12,358 bases of DNA, taken from positions 1-12,358 of the forward strand of contig DASRUK010000002.1 in assembly GCA_035655475.1 (NCBI GenBank). Direction: 5' to 3'. Positions 5,765 to 12,358 of the stretch are shown in pieces. Positions within the stretch are counted from its first letter, which is position 1. Each line of letters starts with the position of its first letter. This DNA is from Candidatus Nanoarchaeia archaeon (lineage in GTDB: Archaea; Nanobdellota; Nanobdellia; Woesearchaeales; JACPBV01). The translations under genes and the position numbers were made by a program. Under the pieces are notes generated by a model. The model was not told the DNA's origin, made no database searches, and was given only the letters and a program-made list of their open reading frames with translations.

Positions 5765-6108
5765 GCTGCAAGGCCGATAACAAACACTCCACCTATTATC
5801 AGAAAGATGCCTAACCATTTATTTACGTTCATCTTTTCCTTAAGGAGCTTTACCGACCAGATGGATACCCAGATATAATTGGTAGCCACAAGAGGGTATA
5901 GTATTGACAGATCTCCGCCTTTTAGAGCCGGGACAAAAAGGACTGTTCCTATAGCATAGAAGAAAAAGCCAAGTATAAGATAATGATTATGGATTATATC
6001 TCCTAGCTTGAACGATTTTTTGTGTGCTTTTTTTAGCATTATTGGGCCAAGCGAGCCAAGGAAGCACGCTGCAACGACAAGGCCTATCGCCCAAAGCTGG
6101 GTCGCCAT
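5761..6108 (-). CDS. Small 4-TM DMT-superfamily (EamA / ArnE-ArnF-like) membrane protein, paralog B
   Basis: The 115-aa protein has four hydrophobic helices and the motif GGDLSILYPLVATNYIWVSIWSV...LGIFLIIGGVFVIG, typical of a single EamA-type repeat. It lacks the TM1 glutamate of EmrE-type SMR pumps. It is clearly paralogous to the upstream 122-aa ORF. Confidence 0.65.
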   Translation of the reverse strand: MATQLWAIGLVVAACFLGSLGPIMLKKAHKKSFKLGDIIHNHYLILGFFFYAIGTVLFVPALKGGDLSILYPLVATNYIWVSIWSVKLLKEKMNVNKWLGIFLIIGGVFVIGLAA

Positions 6109-6109
6109 G

Positions 6110-6478
6110 TTATGCTGCCTCCGGTGCTTTTGAGCCGATGCTGATGAAGATTATGCCTGCTATCACTATGGCTATGCCTGACAGTTTTAATACACTTAGA
6201 CTTTCGTGAAAGAAATATACTGAGAGGAGTGCTACCCAAACATAGCTTGTCGCAACAACAGGGTATAAGGCAGAGACGTCCCCGCCACTGAATGCGATTA
6301 TCATTATTATCGCTACAAGCCCGTAAAGGACCATGCCAGAAATAAGGGGAAGGTTAAGGATAGTTCCTGCAATTGTCAAGTCAAGCTTTGCTGAACCCAG
6401 CTTGTATAGTATCTGGGCAAAGGAAGTAAAGGCTGTGCACAAAACCATCAACGCTATGGCCCAGGTTTTGGTCGCCAT
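6110..6478 (-). CDS. Small 4-TM DMT-superfamily (EamA / ArnE-ArnF-like) membrane protein, paralog A
   Basis: The 122-aa protein shares with paralog B the N-terminus MAT..WAI.L.V, the motif GGD.S.LYP.VAT.Y.WV and a C-terminal G-rich helix. Its start lies 2 nt after the secD stop. Its stop lies 1 nt before the paralog B start. Confidence 0.65.
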   Translation of the reverse strand: MATKTWAIALMVLCTAFTSFAQILYKLGSAKLDLTIAGTILNLPLISGMVLYGLVAIIMIIAFSGGDVSALYPVVATSYVWVALLSVYFFHESLSVLKLSGIAIVIAGIIFISIGSKAPEAA

Positions 6479-6480
6479 TT

Positions 6481-8205
6481 TTATTTAAGCAGAATTTCTA
6501 TGAAGTTTGCAAACGCCGGCCTTGTAACAAGTATTCCGACGGTCACTCCGATAATAGTTGTTATGGCAAAGCCTTTTAGGAGGCCTGCTCCTGCAAACAA
6601 GAGAGGGATCATGGCAAAAGTGATGGTTAAGTAGGCGCCGACAACAATGAAGAAAGCCCGTTTAATCCTTTCTTTCCAGTTGAATATCCTTGACTGACCT
6701 TCACCCATAAGAGTTTCATCTGTGATTATGACCTGGTCGTTTACGCTTGTTCCAAGCATTATAATTATCCCTGCGATAGATGCAAGATCCAGGTTCCAGC
6801 CTATCAATGCAGCTATGCCCATAAGCATAAGAACCTCGGAAAGCAAGGTGATGATAATAGGGATAGATATCTGAAGCTTCCTATACCTTATGAACAACAT
6901 CACTGAAACGACAAGGATACACAAGAGGCCAATCAGCATGGAGTTTTTTACAAATTCTTCTCCGAGGGTTGGGGAGATTGTATCTACCTTTACAACGTTT
7001 AACTTGAACGGGAGCGAACCTGTGATTAGGATGGTCTGAAGGCGCTTCATGTTCTGCAGTGCATTTACCGCTGCTTCCTGCTCTGAAAGGCCGACGCCTG
7101 AGCCTGAGATAGCGATATTTGTCTCTGCTTTTCCCTTAAGCTCTGCACCTATCCTTAGCTCATCAACCTGTTTCTCATCAAGTATAAGGTTAAGTTTCTG
7201 ATCAAGATACTGCTTTTTATCTTCAGTTATGACCTGCATATTTCTAGTTATATCTGCCTGCCTTTGAGCTGCTTCTGTAGAAAGGCTTATCGAAAACCTA
7301 AAGTTGCATATCCATTGGTTATCCTGAGCCTGGCCGCAGCCGCTCATCGGATCTATTCCTGCGCAATCAGCTGACATGCATACATAGGTAATATCCTGGC
7401 CACCCCTGAATACTGTAAGGTTTGAGATAGTAGCTTCAAACTTGCCTTGGTTTGCAAGAAGATTTTTTACATCATCTTCGGTTGCACCTGCGATTTCCAC
7501 CAAGATATATTGATTGCCTGACAGGTCGCCTGCTTTTCTTATAACCAAGTCTGAGAGACCATATACATTAAGGCGCTGAGTCATAACATCTATAAGATTG
7601 TCCATGTCATTTTCTGAAATCTTTTGCTCTGGCTGGAGAAGAACCCTTGTTCCGCCCTGCAGATCAAGACCTTTCCTTAGGTTGGTCTTTGGAGCCTCAT
7701 ATACCCTTAATCCGATGTCCTCTGGGCCAAGGCTGGTGGACAGTGTCTTTGGAACAACTACCTGCCTTGAGATGGTCTTGTTTATCTGAACCACGGTACC
7801 GTTGATGGTCTGATTGGTCGGTACTATCTCGGTAATAGTTTTTGTCTCGGTCTCATTTAATTCTGTAAGGTTATATCTTTCCTTGACTATCAACCTGTAT
7901 GTATCCTTATTTGTCTTAACCTGGAAGGTTGAATTTGGCCTTAGGCCTTTTATCGCTTCATTATAATCATCCACATCCTTTATAATGCGGTTGTTGATGG
8001 CTGTAATAACCTCCCTGCTCATAGGAGGTACATTTGGCTTTGGGCTTTGTATGCCTGCAAGGTTTGCCGAAGAGTTGCCGACAACGCTTCTTATGGCAAC
8101 ACCTTCGTTCCATGGATTTGGATTTATGGCTACTACTGCCAGGACTAATGCAACCAAAAGGATGATGACCCTTATGTTTGTGAATATCTGTCTTGCTTTG
8201 CTCAT
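6481..8205 (-). CDS. secD: Protein-export membrane protein SecD
   Basis: An N-terminal TM (IRVIILLVALVLAVVAI) is followed by a large extracytoplasmic domain. The C-terminal 6-TM SecD/F core reads ISPTLGEEFVKNS...LGTSVNDQVIITDE. The start is set at ATG 8205, which overlaps the secF TGA stop as ATGA. The track's upstream extension to 8298 lies inside secF. Confidence 0.9.
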   Translation of the reverse strand: MSKARQIFTNIRVIILLVALVLAVVAINPNPWNEGVAIRSVVGNSSANLAGIQSPKPNVPPMSREVITAINNRIIKDVDDYNEAIKGLRPNSTFQVKTNKDTYRLIVKERYNLTELNETETKTITEIVPTNQTINGTVVQINKTISRQVVVPKTLSTSLGPEDIGLRVYEAPKTNLRKGLDLQGGTRVLLQPEQKISENDMDNLIDVMTQRLNVYGLSDLVIRKAGDLSGNQYILVEIAGATEDDVKNLLANQGKFEATISNLTVFRGGQDITYVCMSADCAGIDPMSGCGQAQDNQWICNFRFSISLSTEAAQRQADITRNMQVITEDKKQYLDQKLNLILDEKQVDELRIGAELKGKAETNIAISGSGVGLSEQEAAVNALQNMKRLQTILITGSLPFKLNVVKVDTISPTLGEEFVKNSMLIGLLCILVVSVMLFIRYRKLQISIPIIITLLSEVLMLMGIAALIGWNLDLASIAGIIIMLGTSVNDQVIITDETLMGEGQSRIFNWKERIKRAFFIVVGAYLTITFAMIPLLFAGAGLLKGFAITTIIGVTVGILVTRPAFANFIEILLK

Positions 8206-9251
8206 TGGCTTTTCCTTTCCAGATAGTATCTTAATATTCCCACGTTCTGTATCCATGTGAAGAGCATATCTGCGAAGAGTCCGATAAGAACTATCCACAT
8301 TATCTGCCTTATAACATCTGAAGGTGAGAAGATCAAACCGATAATAAGTGCTGAGATGGTCGTTGCAGTCATCATAAGGCCTGTCTTAACAGAGCTCATG
8401 ACCCTATCCATAACAACGCCTTCTTTTCTCTTTAAAACCCTTGTTGTCAGCAGGACATCTGTATCTACTGAGTAACCGACCAACATAAGGAATGCTGCAA
8501 TACCTGCTGTGCCTACCCTTATGCCTACAAGATTGACAACCGCTAATGTAACAATGAGGTCTGATAAAACACACAATATGACTATCAAGCTTGGGATAAG
8601 CATCCTAAAGTAGATCATGACAACAATGCTCATCAGTATAAATGCTACAAGAAGAGCTATCAGGGTTTCTTTAAAGAAGCTTTCTCCCAACGAAGGGCCC
8701 ATTACTTCAACGTTGTAGTTTTGGTCAGTCAGCTTGAAGCCGACGGTTTTTTCTGTGGCACTAATAAATGAGTTTAGCTCCTGCTTGTTTGTGCCATCAA
8801 TATCTGAAACGATAATAAGGCCTGAGTTTTGAGCTGCTGATATCTCCCTTACTGATATATCCTTGGTCGGAAACTGAGATCTTAGGGAATTTTGTATGGC
8901 CACTGCATCAACGCCTGAACCTTGAGTGGTCGTAAGGGTCACTCCTCCCTTTAATGTCACATCTTTGTTGATAAAAGTACCTGTGGCTGCAACCTGCAGA
9001 CCTATCAGGATAATCGATATCAGTAAGATTGCCAAAGGTATTATCATAAGCTTTTTGTATTGCTTGTCATAAAAGTTGAAGAGTCTTTTTGAGAATGAAT
9101 CTTTTGGTATCGGTTTTTGGGCTTCTACCTTTGGAGCCACTGCAACAGGTGTTTCTGGGGGCCTGTTTACCGATTTGTCAAATACTTCAAGCTTCTGCGG
9201 CTTTCCCTGTGCGTCCATCAAGTCTATCTCTGGCTCAACCAATTTATCCAC
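8202..9251 (-). CDS. secF: Protein-export membrane protein SecF (with an N-terminal extension of about 60 aa)
   Basis: The SecF core reads GPSLGESFFKETLIALLVAF...LMLVGYSVDTDVLLTTRVLKRKEG. The start at 9251 is GTG, and an in-frame ATG lies at 9218. The Pro/Lys/Glu-rich segment NRPPETPVAVAPKVEAQKPIPKD precedes the first TM. Confidence 0.85.
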   Translation of the reverse strand: MDKLVEPEIDLMDAQGKPQKLEVFDKSVNRPPETPVAVAPKVEAQKPIPKDSFSKRLFNFYDKQYKKLMIIPLAILLISIILIGLQVAATGTFINKDVTLKGGVTLTTTQGSGVDAVAIQNSLRSQFPTKDISVREISAAQNSGLIIVSDIDGTNKQELNSFISATEKTVGFKLTDQNYNVEVMGPSLGESFFKETLIALLVAFILMSIVVMIYFRMLIPSLIVILCVLSDLIVTLAVVNLVGIRVGTAGIAAFLMLVGYSVDTDVLLTTRVLKRKEGVVMDRVMSSVKTGLMMTATTISALIIGLIFSPSDVIRQIMWIVLIGLFADMLFTWIQNVGILRYYLERKSQ

Positions 9252-9360
9252 CCTTTGGTTTTGAGAAAGATGGGTAATTTAAAAAGCTTTAGTTTTTTAA
9301 TGAAGGTAATTAGTTATCGATTTTAGTAAGCTTGAAAGTTGATCAAGATATTAAAAAACT

Positions 9361-10005
9361 CTAATTCACTTTATCCTTCAGCGGAACTTCTCCAAACCTA
9401 CAGCCCTTGCATGTCCAATCAAGGTATATCCAGTCGCCTGTCTTGTATCTTTTCATGGCTTTATCAAGCTTTATCTTGATGAAGACATGGCTTGGGATGA
9501 AGACGAGCTCGTAGTCAATGCCGATAGAGGCCATAAGGGAGGCAAGAAGGATTGCTCCTCCTTCGCAGTCTGATGCCTTTGTGTATAAGACTTCCTTTGG
9601 GCTTTCGATGTATTCGGAGTTAAGCGGGTCTGAGACATATTCTATGTTGTCCCTTACAAAATAATATAGGGCTTTTGCCTGGCAAACCTGGTTGCCATCA
9701 CAACTATAGGTTGAAATCCTGTTTGCCAGCTGCTTAAGCTGAGGGTCATTTGGCTGGATACTACTGTAAAAATCACCTTTAATCGTAGTGTTTCCTGGTT
9801 TGAAGTTATCCGGCAAGACCTCTGATAATGAAGGGATAGCTGTCGGTTCTGGGTCTAGTTTTATCGATTCGGCCGGAAAGTACCATAATATAATAGTAAG
9901 GAGAAGGAAGAGCATGAGGATATATCTTATCGGACCTTTATACCAGGGGTCTTTTGGCTCTGGCTCTTCATCGCCTATCACCCGCTCTTTTTCTGCCTCA
10001 TCCAT
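9361..10005 (-). CDS. Membrane-anchored transglutaminase-like (Cys-His-Asp) protein, 214 aa
   Basis: An acidic N-terminus is followed by one TM (IRYILMLFLLLTIILWYF). The transglutaminase-like core then follows: ALYYFVRDNIEYVSD, ASDCEGGAILLASLMASIGI (Cys), IPSHVFIKI (His) and DWIYLD (Asp). Confidence 0.7.
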   Translation of the reverse strand: MDEAEKERVIGDEEPEPKDPWYKGPIRYILMLFLLLTIILWYFPAESIKLDPEPTAIPSLSEVLPDNFKPGNTTIKGDFYSSIQPNDPQLKQLANRISTYSCDGNQVCQAKALYYFVRDNIEYVSDPLNSEYIESPKEVLYTKASDCEGGAILLASLMASIGIDYELVFIPSHVFIKIKLDKAMKRYKTGDWIYLDWTCKGCRFGEVPLKDKVN

Positions 10006-10028
10006 GAGATTACCCTAATTCAACAACC

Positions 10029-10036
10029 TTTATAAA
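10029..10036. promoter_or_regulatory. Palindromic TATA box TTTATAAA in a divergent intergenic region
   Basis: The box is centred about 27 nt from the minus-strand ATG at 10005, which would give a leaderless mRNA. It is about 35 nt from the dxs ATG at 10068, leaving a short leader that contains GGGGGAG. Confidence 0.5.
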
Positions 10037-10067
10037 TATTAACAGTACCCTGTAAGATGGGGGAGCG

Positions 10068-11924
10068 ATGGAAACAAGCCATTTTTTGGACATGATAGAA
10101 AGCCCTAGAGACCTAAAGGTCCTCAACAGCAACCAGCTTAGGCTTCTTGCAAACGAGATACGGCAGAAAATAATCAATACTGTATCAAAAACAGGCGGGC
10201 ATCTTGCACCTTCCCTTGGTGTTGTCGAGCTTACTATTGCACTGCATAGGGTGTTTAACTGCCCTGAAGACAAGATTGTGTGGGATGTCGGACATCAATC
10301 GTATGCTCACAAGCTTCTTACAGGAAGGGCAAAGAGATTTCATACTTTGCGGCAGTATAAGGGCATCTCGGGCTTTCCAAGGATATGCGAAAGCAAGTAT
10401 GATTCTTTTGGAACAGGGCATTCAAGCACTTCGATAAGCGCTGCACTTGGAATTGCCAAAGCAAGGGATATTAAGAATGAGAGATTTAAGGTAATCTCTG
10501 TTATCGGAGATGGTGCACTTACAGGCGGGATGGCTTTTGAAGGCTTAAACCAGGCAGGGCATCTTAAGACAAACCTTATCGTTGTGCTTAATGACAACAA
10601 GATGTCTATCAGCCCAAATGTGGGCGCCCTTTCTTCTTATCTTAGGAAAATGATAACTCATCCCAAGTACCGGCAAACACGAAAGAAAGTAGAACGGCTT
10701 CTAAAGATATGGAGCAAAAAGGCAGCTGCAAAAGCTTTTGCGCTTGAGGATACGATAAGGGCTTTGTCTGGGCCGGGCTTATTGTTCAAAGAGATGGGAT
10801 TTAGATATTATGGACCTGTCCATGGGCATGACATAGATTCTTTGATACGCGCTTTTGACAATATCAAGGATGTATCCGGGCCTGTGCTTGTGCATGTCAT
10901 CACAAAAAAGGGCAAGGGTTATGCTTTTGCTGAAGAAGAGGTAACAAAGTTTCATGGCATAAGCAAATTTAATGTTGCTAACGGGCAAAAGGTCGATGCT
11001 GGGGGGAATATAACCTATACAAACGCTTTTTCAAACGCTCTTGTAAAACTTGCAAGGCAAGATCCTAAGATAATCGCAGTGACTGCTGCCATGGCTTCTG
11101 GAACAGGGCTTGATGCTTTTTCAAAGGAATTTCCTGAACGCTTTTTTGATGTAGGAATTGCTGAACAGCATGCTGTAACTTTTTCTGCAGGGCTTGCAAC
11201 ACAGGGGTTTAAGCCTGTTGTTGCAATATATTCAACTTTCTTACAAAGAGCCTACGACCAGATAATGCATGATGTTTGCCTGCAGGGGCTTCCTGTCATC
11301 TTTGCGGTTGATCGGGCTGGGCTTGTGGGAGAAGATGGGGCAACACATCAAGGATGCTTTGATATCAGCTACCTGAGAAGCATACCCAATATGGTAATAA
11401 TGTCTCCAAAGGATGAAGATGAGATCGGCCATATGCTTAAGACAGCGGTACAGTTGGAAAAGCCTGTTGCTATAAGGTATCCGAGAGGCGCAGGGCAAGG
11501 AATTATAGTACATAATCCTTACCAAGTTTTGGAATTTGGAAAGGCAGAAGTGCTAAGAGAAGGAGATGATGTTTTGATACTTTGCGCTGGACCATTATGC
11601 TATGATGCACTGAAGGCTGCTGATGAAAACAGGAGAGTTTCATGCTGTGTTGTAAATTCAAGATTCTTAAAACCGCTTGATGAAGAGCTGATCGTTTCTC
11701 TTGCTAGAAGGATAGGTAAAGTTATAACTATAGAAGAGAATAGCATCGAAGGCGGATTTGGCAGCTCTGTGCTTGAACTTTTTGAGAAAAATAAGGTGAA
11801 GGCAGATGTTAAAAGGATAGGCATACCTGACAGATTTATCGAGCATGGAAGCCAGGAAGAACTTAAAAGAGAGGTAGGGCTGACAAAAAAAGAGATCGAG
11901 AAAGTGATAAGGGAGTTTACATGA
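10068..11924 (+). CDS. dxs: 1-deoxy-D-xylulose-5-phosphate synthase
   Basis: This is a full-length Dxs. The N-terminus reads LANEIRQKIINTVSKTGGHLAPSLGVVELTIALHRVF...WDVGHQSYAHKLLTGR. The ThDP motif is GDGALTGGMAFEGLN...VLNDN. The pyrimidine-binding region reads FDVGIAEQHAVTFSAGLA. Confidence 0.95.
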   Translation: METSHFLDMIESPRDLKVLNSNQLRLLANEIRQKIINTVSKTGGHLAPSLGVVELTIALHRVFNCPEDKIVWDVGHQSYAHKLLTGRAKRFHTLRQYKGISGFPRICESKYDSFGTGHSSTSISAALGIAKARDIKNERFKVISVIGDGALTGGMAFEGLNQAGHLKTNLIVVLNDNKMSISPNVGALSSYLRKMITHPKYRQTRKKVERLLKIWSKKAAAKAFALEDTIRALSGPGLLFKEMGFRYYGPVHGHDIDSLIRAFDNIKDVSGPVLVHVITKKGKGYAFAEEEVTKFHGISKFNVANGQKVDAGGNITYTNAFSNALVKLARQDPKIIAVTAAMASGTGLDAFSKEFPERFFDVGIAEQHAVTFSAGLATQGFKPVVAIYSTFLQRAYDQIMHDVCLQGLPVIFAVDRAGLVGEDGATHQGCFDISYLRSIPNMVIMSPKDEDEIGHMLKTAVQLEKPVAIRYPRGAGQGIIVHNPYQVLEFGKAEVLREGDDVLILCAGPLCYDALKAADENRRVSCCVVNSRFLKPLDEELIVSLARRIGKVITIEENSIEGGFGSSVLELFEKNKVKADVKRIGIPDRFIEHGSQEELKREVGLTKKEIEKVIREFT

Positions 11925-12358
11925 CAAAGGAGATCAAGATAGGGAATGTAAAGATAGGAAACGCAAATCCAGTTGCAATCCAGTCGATGACTAATACATT
12001 GACTACTGATGTTTCTGGAACTATATCTCAGATACAACGGCTAATCGATGAAGGATGTGAAATTATCAGAGTGAGTGTTCCTGATGATCAGAGCGCTGAA
12101 GCTCTTAAAGAGATCTCTGAAAATATATCCATCCCTCTTGTTGCTGACATACATTTTGATCACAGGCTTGCTATCAAAAGCGCTAAGTATGTTGACAAGC
12201 TTAGGATAAATCCGGGGAATATCGGTAAGGATAAGATAAAAGAAGTCATCGCCGCTGCAAAGGAATATTCAATACCTATAAGGGTTGGCGTCAACATGGG
12301 GAGCCTTGAGAAGGATATAGAGCAAAAATACGGCTTTTCTGCACAAGCGATGGTCGAG
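11921..12358 (+). CDS. ispG: 4-hydroxy-3-methylbut-2-enyl diphosphate synthase (IspG/GcpE), N-terminal part; continues beyond the window
   Basis: My hand translation from ATG 11921 gives MTKEIKIGNVKIGNANPVAIQSMTNTLTTDV...GCEIIRVSVPD...PLVADIHFDHRLA...LRINPGNIG...IPIRVGVNMGSL, the canonical IspG TIM-barrel N-domain. The frame is open to base 12358. The ATG overlaps the dxs TGA stop as ATGA. This ORF is absent from the supplied track. Confidence 0.9.
   Translation, partial: MTKEIKIGNVKIGNANPVAIQSMTNTLTTDVSGTISQIQRLIDEGCEIIRVSVPDDQSAEALKEISENISIPLVADIHFDHRLAIKSAKYVDKLRINPGNIGKDKIKEVIAAAKEYSIPIRVGVNMGSLEKDIEQKYGFSAQAMVE

Noticed and set aside
6481-8298. The 605-aa version of SecD starting at 8298
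   Set aside because: The first 31 codons lie inside the 3' end of secF in another frame. The ATG at 8205 gives the classic ATGA stop-start overlap and a normal 'short cytosolic N-terminus + TM1' arrangement.
10068-12358. Taking dxs/ispG as evidence that the whole window is bacterial
   Set aside because: The A1:U72 initiator tRNA, the short non-canonical tRNA insertions, the TATA-box spacing with leaderless geometry, and the secF-before-secD order all point to an archaeal host. Horizontal acquisition is the simpler reading, subject to excluding a chimeric assembly.
1-12358. CRISPR arrays, tandem repeats, rRNA genes, transposase or integrase genes, or recognisable defence systems
   Set aside because: I saw no regularly spaced direct repeats, no rRNA-like conserved blocks, and no ORFs with nuclease, ATPase or transposase signatures apart from the degenerate LAGLIDADG motif.

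Overview
This window reads as a low-GC archaeal chromosome segment, possibly from a small-genome or DPANN-like lineage; that lineage guess is inference. Several features point to archaea. (a) A tRNA-Met(CAT) carries archaeal/eukaryotic initiator hallmarks: an A1:U72 pair and three G:C pairs closing the anticodon stem. (b) Two tRNA genes are interrupted by short insertions at non-canonical positions, one in the T-loop and one at the acceptor/D-arm junction. (c) TTTATAAA-type TATA boxes lie about 26-29 nt upstream of tRNA 5' ends and of start codons, which implies many leaderless mRNAs. (d) The gene order is secF then secD. Coding content, left to right: a truncated LAGLIDADG-motif ORF, a 165-aa unknown, and a small HPF/RaiA-fold-like protein. 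Then come a YkgJ-type CxxCxxCC protein, an MscS-family channel, and a flavodoxin-like protein. These are followed by a 648-aa secreted transglutaminase-like protein with Ig-like repeats. A tightly coupled minus-strand operon follows: secF, secD and two paralogous 4-TM DMT/ArnE-ArnF-like proteins. After it come a second, membrane-anchored transglutaminase-like protein and an overlapping dxs-ispG pair (bacterial-type MEP pathway; ispG runs off the window). The items most worth follow-up are the two non-canonical tRNA introns and an unassigned GC-rich structured element of about 170 nt between mscS and tRNA-Ser. Also worth follow-up are the MEP genes in an archaeal context and the linkage of SecDF to a half-size DMT pair flanked by transglutaminase-like surface proteins. 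All calls come from manual reading; no searches or folding programs were run.
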